Source: Dehalococcoidia bacterium (lineage in GTDB: Bacteria; Chloroflexota; Dehalococcoidia; Lucifugimonadales; VXLM01). Taken from it: a DNA stretch of 64,000 nt. Under the pieces are notes generated by a model that saw nothing but the letters and a program-made list of their open reading frames with translations, searched no databases and was not told where the DNA came from. Of this stretch, positions 29,680 to 38,062 are shown piece by piece (the first letter of the stretch is position 1; every line of letters begins with the position of its first letter). A program made the position numbers and the translations under genes. The stretch lies in NCBI GenBank assembly GCA_963662435.1, contig OY759598.1, positions 2,450,507 through 2,514,506 of the forward strand, given 5' to 3'.

Positions 29680-29844
29680 CGATGGGAGAGGGGATAAAGC
29701 GCCACTCTATTTGACTGTCACATTCAATGATGGAAACGATTCTGGGATTGACCCTGGGCCACTCATAGACAGAGTAGTACATACGTTTCCACTTGTCAAA
29801 ACGGGCAGGTATGTTGTAGCTGTTCAGTCTTGGTGAGTTGAATC

Positions 29845-29925
29845 GCGAAGACCCCCTCTCTGTATCTCTCCCCCGGCGGGGGAGAGATTGTAGATTCTTC
29901 GTCGCTGCACTCCTCGGAATGACAG
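29845..29925. repeat. Palindromic repeat CTCTCCCCCGGCGGGGGAGAG plus half REP; near-identical ~50 bp at 35317-35365
   Basis: Direct comparison of the two sites. Confidence 0.75.
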
Positions 29926-30012
29926 CGAGAGAACAATTGGGGCAATCTCACCAACTCTGAACAGTTGCCGGTATGTTGAGTGCATTTGAGGGCTTGTGCC
30001 GGTACTGCCACC

Positions 30013-31275
30013 CTACCTGCCCAGCTGGGGGTACTGGCGGTTGCCGACGTTTCGGGCGGATACTTCGAGGACTTTGAGGAAGCCTTCGGCGTCGGCGTGG
30101 TCGTAGGAGCCGAGCGCCTCCATGGAGGAGTCGTCGGTGTAGAGGGAGTGGGGCATGGCCTCCGGCGTGTCCTCTGCCGTTTCGAAGGAGAGGTTCCCTT
30201 TGTACAGGCGGACGGTAACCGTGCCGGTGACCAAGCGGTTGATCGGCTCCAATGCCGCGAGTGCCGCGGTCGTCCCGAGGTCGAGCCAGTAGCCCTGGTA
30301 TATCTGGTTGGAAATGTATGCCGAAAGCTGGTCGAAGAGCTGGCGGGCACGTCGGTCGAGGACGAACTGAAGCAGGAGGTCGTAGGTCTGGCCGAGCAGC
30401 TCCATGCCGGGCGCCTCGTAGATGCCGCGAGACTTGATGCCGACAAAGCGGTTTTCGACCGTGTGCAGGCCGATTCCGAGGCCGTGCGCTCCTGCGACGG
30501 CGTTCGCCGTTTCGAACAGGTCCACGACGCTGCCGGTCTCGCCGTCGATTGAATGGGGTACACCCTCCTCCCAGCGGACGGTGACGGACTGCGGGGCGTC
30601 GGGGGCGTCCCACGCCCAGACGCCCATGCCCGGCTCGACGAAGAAGGGAGATACGGTCACGTCCTCGAGGTCTCCGGCCTCGTGCGTGAGGCCGAGAAAG
30701 TTGGCGTCGGTGGAGTAGCGGGACTCCGATGCCGGCTTGATCGGCAGATCGTGCTTCTCGCAGTAGTCGAGCATCTGCTGTCTGCCGGGGAACTCCTCGA
30801 CGAACTCCGGATCGCGCCAAGGGGCGTAGACGTCCATGTCGGGACGGAGCATATTCGTGGCGATCTGGAAGCGCACCTGGTCGTTGCCGCGTCCTGTGGC
30901 GCCGTGGAAGAGTACAGGAATGCCCCGTGTATCGAACTCCTGGAGCAGGGCCTGTACCGTGACGGGTCGGGCGATGCCGGTGGTGTTCCAGTAGCCGCCT
31001 TCGTAGCGGGCCTGTGCCTGGAGCACCTTCAGTCCTGCGCCGGCGAGGGCCTCGTGTGCAGGGACGATGAAGGCGTCGACGGCGCCGCAGCCTCGCATCC
31101 GGTCGGCGATGGCGCCGATGTTCTCCTCGTCCGGCTGGCCGAGGTCAACGGTGCCGCCGGTCACGTCGAAGCCCTTGCTGTTGAGCCAGTGGGTGGCAGT
31201 GCAGCTATCGAGTCCGCCCGATACGGCACCGCCAATCAGGGTTATGTCCTTGTCCTGCAGTTCGCGCCAATTCAT
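30013..31275 (-). CDS. argG: Argininosuccinate synthase
   Basis: SGGLDS, HGATGRGNDQVRF and ENRFVGIKSRGIYEAPG motifs. Confidence 0.95.
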   Translation of the reverse strand: MNWRELQDKDITLIGGAVSGGLDSCTATHWLNSKGFDVTGGTVDLGQPDEENIGAIADRMRGCGAVDAFIVPAHEALAGAGLKVLQAQARYEGGYWNTTGIARPVTVQALLQEFDTRGIPVLFHGATGRGNDQVRFQIATNMLRPDMDVYAPWRDPEFVEEFPGRQQMLDYCEKHDLPIKPASESRYSTDANFLGLTHEAGDLEDVTVSPFFVEPGMGVWAWDAPDAPQSVTVRWEEGVPHSIDGETGSVVDLFETANAVAGAHGLGIGLHTVENRFVGIKSRGIYEAPGMELLGQTYDLLLQFVLDRRARQLFDQLSAYISNQIYQGYWLDLGTTAALAALEPINRLVTGTVTVRLYKGNLSFETAEDTPEAMPHSLYTDDSSMEALGSYDHADAEGFLKVLEVSARNVGNRQYPQLGR

Positions 31276-31372
31276 GTGTGTTGGAATGTCCTTTCGGGGG
31301 AATGGCCTTCAAAGATTATACTGCGTTGGAACTCAGGGCCGCTTCGATGGGCGAAAACGAGGGGCGCAGCGT

Positions 31373-31756
31373 GCGTGAGACGGTTTGAGAAACCCTCTGA
31401 AATATTCCTTGCAGGGTTGGGAGAGAAGGGGGATATGGGAGGCGTGAGACGGTTTGAGAATATGAGAGGGTTTGAGAAACCCTCTGAAATATTCTTTGCA
31501 GGGTTGGGAGAGACGTGGGGTATGGGAGGCGTGAGAGGGTTTGAGAAAGTGAGAGGGTTTGAGAACACCATTGAAATATTCTTTGCAGGGTTGGGAGGGA
31601 CGTGGGATGTGGGAGACGTGAGACGGTTTGAGAAAATGAGAGGGTTTGAGAACCCATCCAGAATATTCTTTGCAGGGTCTGGAGATACGTGGGGTATGGG
31701 ATGCATGAGACGGAATGAGAAAGTGAGAGGGTTTGAGAAGGCCGCAAGATTATTCA
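31373..31756. repeat. 87-bp degenerate tandem repeat, ~4.4 copies
   Basis: GAAATATTC-like anchor at 31399, 31486, 31573, 31660 and 31747, with internal 9-bp-period TGAGA subrepeats. Confidence 0.9.
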
Positions 31757-31921
31757 AATTCTTCGATCCTTGATGTTTCTTGTTGAGATACCGGGTGGAT
31801 TGGATGATCTTCTATTTCCACTATCGCGGCTCCGCTCATTTCGGTCAAATCCAACATCGGTTCAGGATGGCGGGACCGTACTCCCGCTTGGCTAGGCTCT
31901 CTGGATACCGGTCCCTTCGGG

Positions 31922-32131
31922 GTACGGGGTGACGTTCCTGCGCGGGAATGACCATGGCCATGTGTAGGCCACATAAGGGGATGAGAATGAGACCTCGCCG
32001 GTCGGGCGGACTTCGCCGGTCGGGCGTAAGGGGGAGTGGATTCCCGCTTTCGCGGGAATGACGGTGTGGGGGTTGGCGGTAAGGGCGATTCGCGAATCGC
32101 CCCTACGGGAGGTTGGCCGGGGGTTATTTTC
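31922..32131. repeat. Composite repeat module, left of hicAB
   Basis: GGAATGACCATGGCCATGTGTAGGCCACATAAGGGGATGAGAA, then GGATTCCCGCTTTCGCGGGAATGAC, then a GTAG-type REP (32083-32106). Repeated in the same order at 33426-33846. Confidence 0.85.
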
Positions 32132-32160
32132 AGAGGAAAGACAGAATGTCAGCACAACCT

Positions 32161-32623
32161 GATACCGGTTCCACATGGTGGTGATTTTACGATTCACCCT
32201 CACCACCGAATCGGGTACGGAGCTGGCTCTAGCCCTCTCCCACGACGGGCTGACAGGAAAGGTATTTGCCCTCTCCCCAGCCCTCTCCCGCGAACGGGAG
32301 AGGGGGTCTGCATTCACCAGAACGCAACCCCGGCACCGTCACTCTGAGCGGAGCGGAGTCCAAGAATCTAAAGTGTCTGTCCCAACGTAAAGCCGACATA
32401 GGAAGTACTTACGCTGTTTTCCTCTTGGTCACGATAGAAGTGCGGCACCGGCTGTCCGGTTTTGCGGTTATGGATCTTAGATTCCTCGCTCCACTCGGAA
32501 TGACAGAGCGGCGGGGCCGGATCGTAGCTACAAATCCATTTTACCTACCCCTGTCAGCCCACGACGGGAGAGGAGATAAAGCGCCTCTCAATTCAACTAT
32601 CATATTCACATGGGAACGGTATC
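32161..32623. mobile_element. MITE-like family A copy carrying a nested family B element
   Basis: Imperfect terminal IR GATACCGGTTCCACATG / CATGGGAACGGTATC. Central CCCTCTCCC-acgac-GGGAGAGG hairpin is interrupted. Confidence 0.6.
32247..32560. mobile_element. MITE-like family B copy 1
   Basis: Terminal IR GGGCTGACAGG / CCTGTCAGCCC, 5-bp duplication ACGAC and internal REP doublet. Confidence 0.8.
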
Positions 32624-32651
32624 TTCTTCCAGACTTCAGATTGAATGTGGT

Positions 32652-33119
32652 CTATGCGGCGCGCTCGCTGCCTTGAGTCGTGGATGTCGGGGGCCATGGT
32701 GCGTCTTCGATTATGATGCCTCGACCAACCGCGTGGAGTGCCCTTTCGATAGTACTGATGTGGGAGCGGTGGTCCGGGTTGCAGAGCTTCCGGACAGCGG
32801 CCTCGCTGACGCCCAGCCGCTTGGCCAGCGCGACCTTCGTTATGCCCTGGTCGCGCATGGCGACGTTGAGCGCCACCTTCGCAGCAGCGATGGGCTGAAG
32901 CGGGACGGGCTCCTGACCTTCGCCGACGGGGCTCGGCAACGGGATGTCCTCTCCAAGATAGTAGTAAGCGCCGAGGGCCGCAACGAGGGCGTCCTCGGCC
33001 ATTTCAAGGGCCTCTTCACGGGTGGAACCGCTGGTGCTTGCGCCCTTGACGTCAGGAAATAACACCCAAAATCCCTCTCCCTCTTCAGCGTGCAGGACAC
33101 ATGGATACACATATCTCAT
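32652..33119 (-). CDS. hicB: HicB family antitoxin with C-terminal HTH
   Basis: YPCVL...FWVLFPDVKGASTSGSTREEALEMAEDAL and an XRE-like HTH (TKVALAKRLGVSEAAVRKL). Confidence 0.9.
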   Translation of the reverse strand: MRYVYPCVLHAEEGEGFWVLFPDVKGASTSGSTREEALEMAEDALVAALGAYYYLGEDIPLPSPVGEGQEPVPLQPIAAAKVALNVAMRDQGITKVALAKRLGVSEAAVRKLCNPDHRSHISTIERALHAVGRGIIIEDAPWPPTSTTQGSERAA

Positions 33120-33122
33120 GGT

Positions 33123-33329
33123 TCAAAAGTCCCCTCTGTCGATCTCAAGGTCCTTCAGCATGGATGCCAGCAGGCCAGTACCGATCTCCGAGTGCTTTAC
33201 GACGGTTCTTCGGTTGCCGAGGTAGACGATCTCATGGCTTCCTCTGCCGCGACGAGAGTCGATAGTGAAGGATTGCCCGGTCTTTGCAGCGTACCGCCTT
33301 ACCCGCCTAGTGAATTCCCGTCCGTTCAT
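33123..33329 (-). CDS. hicA: HicA family mRNA interferase toxin
   Basis: 68 aa basic protein with GRGSH motif and IGTGLLASMLKDL, directly upstream of hicB. Confidence 0.88.
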   Translation of the reverse strand: MNGREFTRRVRRYAAKTGQSFTIDSRRGRGSHEIVYLGNRRTVVKHSEIGTGLLASMLKDLEIDRGDF

Positions 33330-33335
33330 TGACTC

Positions 33336-33364
33336 AGTATCGAACCTTTAGGTTCGATTGTCAA
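33336..33364 (-). promoter_or_regulatory. hicAB promoter with palindromic operator
   Basis: TTGACA-17 bp-GATACT, 6 nt before the ATG. Palindrome ATCGAACCT-N2-AGGTTCGAT (33339-33358) fills the spacer. Confidence 0.75.
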
Positions 33365-33425
33365 GTCTCTCTCGATTTTGGGACAGTCCCGCACCCACTG
33401 TTTCGGATTCCTGCTCCGTATCGCG

Positions 33426-33846
33426 GTATGGGGTGACGTTATTTCGCGGAATGACCATGGCCATGTGTAGGCCACATAAGGGGATGAGAACGGGACCTCG
33501 CCGGTCGGGCGTAAGGGGGAGTGGATTCCCGCTTTCGCCGGAATGACGGTGTGGGGGGACCTCGCCGGTCGGGCGGACTTCGCCAGTCGGGCGTAAGGGG
33601 GAGTGGATTCCCGCTTTCGCCGGAATGACGGTGTGGGGGGACCTCGCCGGTCGGGCGGACTTCGCCAGTCGGGCGTAAGGGGGAGTGGATTCCCGCTTTC
33701 GCGGGAATGACGGTGTGGGGGAGCTACGGGGGTTATTTTCGTAGGAATCGCTCATGTCGGTTGGCACCGACACCATCTATCATGAGAATGGCGGTGAGGG
33801 CGATTCGCGAATCGCCCCTACGGAGGTTGGACGGGGGTTGTTTTCA
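33426..33846. repeat. Composite repeat module, right of hicAB, with an 82-bp tandem expansion
   Basis: Units start at 33495 (short), 33558 and 33640, each with GGATTCCCGCTTTCGC.GGAATGAC. GTAG-type REP at 33798-33821. Confidence 0.85.
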
Positions 33847-33894
33847 GGGGTAATGAGGGTATCGCCAACCGCTCCGCGCATAGGGAAGTCCCCG

Positions 33895-34467
33895 TTACTC
33901 TGCGTCTTTGGCCAGGGCGGTGCGAAGTCGGGCCACGGCTGCCTTGGTGTTGGCCGTGGAGAACGGGGGGCCGCCGTCGGGGTAGTCTATCTTGAGGACG
34001 ACCATAATGGGGCCGTCGTCCTGGAGGACGGTGGGGAGGTCGGTCTTGAAGTGCTCGAGGTCGTCGAACGTATAGGCGCGGGGGTAGCCCGCTCCCTCGG
34101 CGATGGTCTTGAAGTCGTAGACACCGGCTCCCGGGACGGGCTGCCCGCCTGTCGTCTGGTAGGCCTCGTCGTCGAAGACGAAGTGGACGAGGTTTGCCGG
34201 AGCCTGTCCGGCGATGGTCACAAGAGTGCCAAGGTTCATGAGCAGACTGCCGTCGCCGTCCATGCACCATATCTTCTTGTCGGGCCGGGACAGGGCGAGG
34301 CCGAGAGCCATCGAGGAGGCCTTCCCCATCCCACCCGCGATGGGAAGGTCGTAGTCGGGGTTGTCCGTGATGTCCTTCCAATACCGGCTGGGCGTCATGG
34401 TGTTTACGACGATGGCGTCTCCGCGCGTGTCGCTGAGGAATTGGACGGCTTCATGGCATGGGATCAT
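33895..34467 (-). CDS. TPP-binding enzyme beta subunit (sulfopyruvate/phosphonopyruvate decarboxylase, ComE-like)
   Basis: GGMGKASSMALG, TPP motif DGDGSLLMNLG and TTGGQP. Confidence 0.8.
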   Translation of the reverse strand: MIPCHEAVQFLSDTRGDAIVVNTMTPSRYWKDITDNPDYDLPIAGGMGKASSMALGLALSRPDKKIWCMDGDGSLLMNLGTLVTIAGQAPANLVHFVFDDEAYQTTGGQPVPGAGVYDFKTIAEGAGYPRAYTFDDLEHFKTDLPTVLQDDGPIMVVLKIDYPDGGPPFSTANTKAAVARLRTALAKDAE

Positions 34468-34633
34468 GGACGGGTCTCGCTAGGTGGGAATTGAGGGCTA
34501 TTTCAAAGCTCATTTTGTTGCGGAGAACTGCCCTTCGACAGGCTCAGGGCGAACGTGGGTTGCTCTGCGCTCAGGTGTGTCAAATGGAGTAGGGTCTGAG
34601 TGGGGGAGATTGTAGGGGGTGGATGGCCCAGAT

Positions 34634-35245
34634 TCAAGGGTAGCTTTCGGGCTCGTGGTAGGTCATGTGATCCGGCATTCTGTCTGATAGGCCGAGGGCG
34701 ACCATCGTCCTTTCTACTACGAAGTCCACCGTGTGCCGGACTGAACCATCGCCGAGATAGAACGGAGGGTGCGGCGGGAGAACGACGACGCCCCGCCTCG
34801 CCAGGCTTGCCATGTTCTCCAGGTGGGTGCCGGTCAGGGGCGTCTCGCGGGGCACGACGACGAGAGGGCGCTTTTCCTTCAGGGTGACATCCGCGGCGCG
34901 GCGAAGGAGGTTGTTGCTGATCCCGCTGGATATCGCCGCGACGGTTGCCATACTGCACGGAGTGACGACCATGCCCGCCGTGGGGAAGGTACCGCTGGCG
35001 ATAGGAGCGGTCAGATCTCCAACGGGGCAGTAGGTGAAGGTACCCCTGCCGTCCCATCGTTCGAGGGCCTCGCCGAAGGACTCCTCGGACTCTTGCCGCC
35101 AGACCATGCGCGCGGCAGCAGTAGCCGTTGCGATGACGGGTCGGTTGTCGGTGAGCAGGCGGTCTATGGTGGCGCGGGCGAGTATGGCGCCGCTCGCGCC
35201 GGATATGCCCACGACGACGGGGGGGTTGTTCGCAGGTGAGTCCAT
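34634..35245 (-). CDS. ubiX: Flavin prenyltransferase UbiX
   Basis: GISGASG, APIASG, PCSMAT, RAADVTLKE and RETPL motifs. Confidence 0.93.
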   Translation of the reverse strand: MDSPANNPPVVVGISGASGAILARATIDRLLTDNRPVIATATAAARMVWRQESEESFGEALERWDGRGTFTYCPVGDLTAPIASGTFPTAGMVVTPCSMATVAAISSGISNNLLRRAADVTLKEKRPLVVVPRETPLTGTHLENMASLARRGVVVLPPHPPFYLGDGSVRHTVDFVVERTMVALGLSDRMPDHMTYHEPESYP

Positions 35246-35383
35246 GTGGATTTCAGGGTATCACGATGGGCTTTGGCGGCGCGCTCCCCTGCCCGTTCGA
35301 TCGCATGAGTCGAATTGCGAAGACCCCCTCTCTGTATCTCTCCCCCGGCGGGGGGGAGATTGTAGGTTGAGTATCGCTACGGC

Positions 35384-35678
35384 GGGCTGACAGGGGTGGG
35401 CAATTGACTATCACTCCACTCTCCATTGATGAGAAAGAGCCCCATCACTGTCATTCTGAGCGGAGCGCAGCGGAGTCGAAGAATCTAAAGTGTCTGTTAC
35501 AACGTAAAGCTGATATGGAGAATTCTCACGCTGTTATCACTCTTGGTCACGATAGATGCCTAGGACTAGCTACCTGATCTTGCGGTTTTAGATTTTAGAT
35601 TCCTCGTTCCACTCGGAATGACAGAGCGGTGGGGCTGGATCATAGCTACAAATGCGTTTTGCCTACCCCTGCCAGCCC
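35384..35678. mobile_element. MITE-like family B copy 2, between mqnP and ubiX
   Basis: GGGCTGACAGGGGT / ACCCCTGCCAGCCC ends. Interior matches copies 1 and 3. Confidence 0.8.
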
Positions 35679-35736
35679 CCGCCGGGGGAGAGACTGAACG
35701 CTGCTCAGGGTGAACGGGCTGCCCTTATTTACCGTT

Positions 35737-36627
35737 TCAGAGGAGGAGTACGTCGATGAGGGTTCCGGTGAGGACGCTGAGGGAGACGAAGGCGTTGGTC
35801 CGCATGAAGGCGACGCCCATGCGGGAGAGGTTGTTTGGGGAGACCATGCGGTATTTGTATGCGATCACGACGGCGGCAACGGCGCAGCCGACGTAGTAGG
35901 CGACGGAGAGGTCGAGAAGGACACCGACTCCGAGGAGGCAGCAGACGGCCAGTACGTCGAGGGTCTGGGAAATCCGGAACGCCGCCGGGATGCCAAAGCG
36001 CCGCGAAACGGAGTAGAGGCCGCGTTTCGCGTAGAACTGCCTGTCCTGCGCGTGGTAGAGGATATCGAATCCGGTCGCCCACAGAGCTACGGAAGTTGAG
36101 AGAAGAACGGGGGCCCAGTCAAGCGATCCCTGTACGCCGATCCATGCGGCGGAAGGGGCTATTGCCAGCGCCCAGCCTAGGAAAAAGCTGGCTGCCCACG
36201 TAAAGCGCTTCGTATATGGGTAGAAGATGAGGTAGCCCGCGGCGACCGGGGCGAGGGCCAGCGCGAGGTTGTTGAGAAGCAAGGCCGCCACGAAGAATAC
36301 GACGGCGGACACGAGGGTGAGAGCAATCATGTCGGACAGGCGGAGCAGGCCGGCGGGAAGGTGACGCATGGCAGTGCGGGGGTTCTGCGCGTCTATGGAG
36401 CGGTCGATGATGCGGTTTGCGGACATTCCGAGGGTCCGCGCGCTGACCATGGCGACGGTGATCCAGAGGAACTGCTGCCACGTCGGCAACCCGTTCGCGG
36501 CCAGTACCATGCCGGAGTAGGCGAACGGGAGCGCGAAGATGCTCTCCTGGAACCTGACGGCATCAAGGAACCGGGGGATGCGCTTGAGCAGCGGGTCGGT
36601 CGAGGCTATATCCCGAGCTTCGGCCAC
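35737..36627 (-). CDS. mqnP: UbiA-family prenyltransferase (MqnP-like)
   Basis: FALPFAY, NRIIDRSIDAQNPRT, YPYTKRFT and GFDILY motifs, in ubiD/ubiX context. Confidence 0.8.
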   Translation of the reverse strand: MAEARDIASTDPLLKRIPRFLDAVRFQESIFALPFAYSGMVLAANGLPTWQQFLWITVAMVSARTLGMSANRIIDRSIDAQNPRTAMRHLPAGLLRLSDMIALTLVSAVVFFVAALLLNNLALALAPVAAGYLIFYPYTKRFTWAASFFLGWALAIAPSAAWIGVQGSLDWAPVLLSTSVALWATGFDILYHAQDRQFYAKRGLYSVSRRFGIPAAFRISQTLDVLAVCCLLGVGVLLDLSVAYYVGCAVAAVVIAYKYRMVSPNNLSRMGVAFMRTNAFVSLSVLTGTLIDVLLL

Positions 36628-38060
36628 TTCTCATCCACCAGGCGTTTGATGTCCTCGCCCATCACGATCTCGGGCGGCCACTCACGGCTCAAGCCTTCCA
36701 TGGGCCCCTTGGCGGTGGCATCGATGCCGACCTTGCTGCCGTAACGTGGAATAGTGGAGGCGTGGTCGAGGTCGTCGACGGGCCCGTCCACGAAGAGTAT
36801 GTCGCGGCGGGGGTCGACGTTCGCTCCGATGCGCCATGCCACCTCCGACAGGTCGTGGACGTTCACGTGTTCGTCGAAGACGACGATGGCCTTGACGAGC
36901 ATCATCTGCCCGATGCCCCACAGGGCGTACATGACCTTGCGCGCATGGCCGGGGAATTCCTTCTTCATGGACACGAGAACGTAGTTGGTGAATATCCCCT
37001 CGGCGGGCATGTTGTAGTCGACGACCTCGGGAAGGGTGAGCTTCAATGCGGGAAGCATGATGCGCTCGCTTGCCCTTCCCATGAAGTAGTCCTCGGTGGG
37101 TGGTCTGCCGACCATGGTGGTCGGATAGATGGGGTCCGCTCGGTGAGTGATCGCTTCGACGTGGAAGACTGAGTAGTCGTCCTCCAGCGAGTAGTAGCCG
37201 GTGTGGTCTCCGAAGGGGCCTTCCGGCCGCGTTTCGGCCGGAATCACGTATCCTTCGAGGACGATCTCGGCGTTGGCGGGGACTTCGAGGTCGTTTGTCT
37301 TGCAGCGCACGAGCTCCACGGGCTTGCCGCGTATGAAGCCGGCGGCAACGAACTCGTCTATATCGGGAGGGAGTGGCATCGAACCGGACCATATCGTGAC
37401 CGGATCTCCGCCGAGCGCAACGGCAACGTCGAGACGGTCTTCATTCTGCGCGACGCCCTCACGAACGTGACGCGCGCCGACCTTGTGGCTCTGCCAGTGC
37501 ATTCCCGTCGTGCGTTTATCGTAGACCTGCATCCGGTACGTGCCGACGTTTCTGCTGCCCTTTGCAGGGTCGCGGCTGACGACCAGCGGGAGCGTGATGA
37601 ATCGTCCGGCGTCGAGCGGCCAGCACTTCAGAATGGGAAGTGCGTCGAGGTCTATGTCGTCGCCGGTTATGACGACTTCCTGGCACGGGGCGTTCCTCAC
37701 GATCTTGGGGCGCGAGCGGGCGACGCTTGCCAGGTCGCCGAGTGCCTTGAGCTTCGGGACGATGCCCTCAGGGGGTCCCTGCACCATGCCGAGGAGCTTT
37801 TCGACACGCACGGCGATTTCTTCCACGTCGTCTACGCCCAATGCCCACGCCATTCGCTGATGGGTCCCGAAGAGGTTGATGACCAGGGGCATCTCGTAAC
37901 CCTCGACGTTCTCAAAGAGGAGGGCGGGACCGCCCGATTTGATGGTGCGGTCGGTGATCTCGGTGATCTCCAGATCGCGGCTCACGGGCTCCGCTATTCG
38001 ACGGAGGTCGCCCTTGTCTTCGAGGAAGTCTACGAAGTCCCTGAGGTCGTCGAATGCCAT
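36606..38060 (-). CDS. ubiD: UbiD family decarboxylase (menaquinone MqnL-like)
   Basis: EGPFGDHTGYY, NVGTYRMQ and GSKVGIDAT motifs. Confidence 0.92.
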   Translation of the reverse strand: MAFDDLRDFVDFLEDKGDLRRIAEPVSRDLEITEITDRTIKSGGPALLFENVEGYEMPLVINLFGTHQRMAWALGVDDVEEIAVRVEKLLGMVQGPPEGIVPKLKALGDLASVARSRPKIVRNAPCQEVVITGDDIDLDALPILKCWPLDAGRFITLPLVVSRDPAKGSRNVGTYRMQVYDKRTTGMHWQSHKVGARHVREGVAQNEDRLDVAVALGGDPVTIWSGSMPLPPDIDEFVAAGFIRGKPVELVRCKTNDLEVPANAEIVLEGYVIPAETRPEGPFGDHTGYYSLEDDYSVFHVEAITHRADPIYPTTMVGRPPTEDYFMGRASERIMLPALKLTLPEVVDYNMPAEGIFTNYVLVSMKKEFPGHARKVMYALWGIGQMMLVKAIVVFDEHVNVHDLSEVAWRIGANVDPRRDILFVDGPVDDLDHASTIPRYGSKVGIDATAKGPMEGLSREWPPEIVMGEDIKRLVDEKWPKLGI

Positions 38061-38062
38061 GT

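Larger units (their letters stand above)
27893..29743. mobile_element. MITE-like family A copy split by the IS1182 element
   Basis: Left half TAGTACCGGTTCCACATGATTTTGATATT..CCCTCTCCCA and right half GGGAGAGGGGATAAAGCG match copies at 44470 and 45637. Confidence 0.65.

Noticed and set aside
31373..31756. CRISPR array
   Set aside because: Units are similar along their whole 87 bp, with no unique spacers and no cas genes in the window.
30553..31773. 406-aa plus-strand ORF
   Set aside because: Mostly antisense to argG, then extended by the stop-free tandem repeat.
31750..32676. Short ORFs in repeat regions (also 33348-33776, 27628-27849, 62088-62279)
   Set aside because: They are translations of REP/MITE sequence (VIPAKAGIH, LRFAQND), typical spurious calls.
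33495..33720. CRISPR array or type III antitoxin array next to hicAB
   Set aside because: The 82-bp units are near-identical with no spacers, the motif recurs elsewhere as a REP-like repeat, and hicA already has a protein antitoxin.
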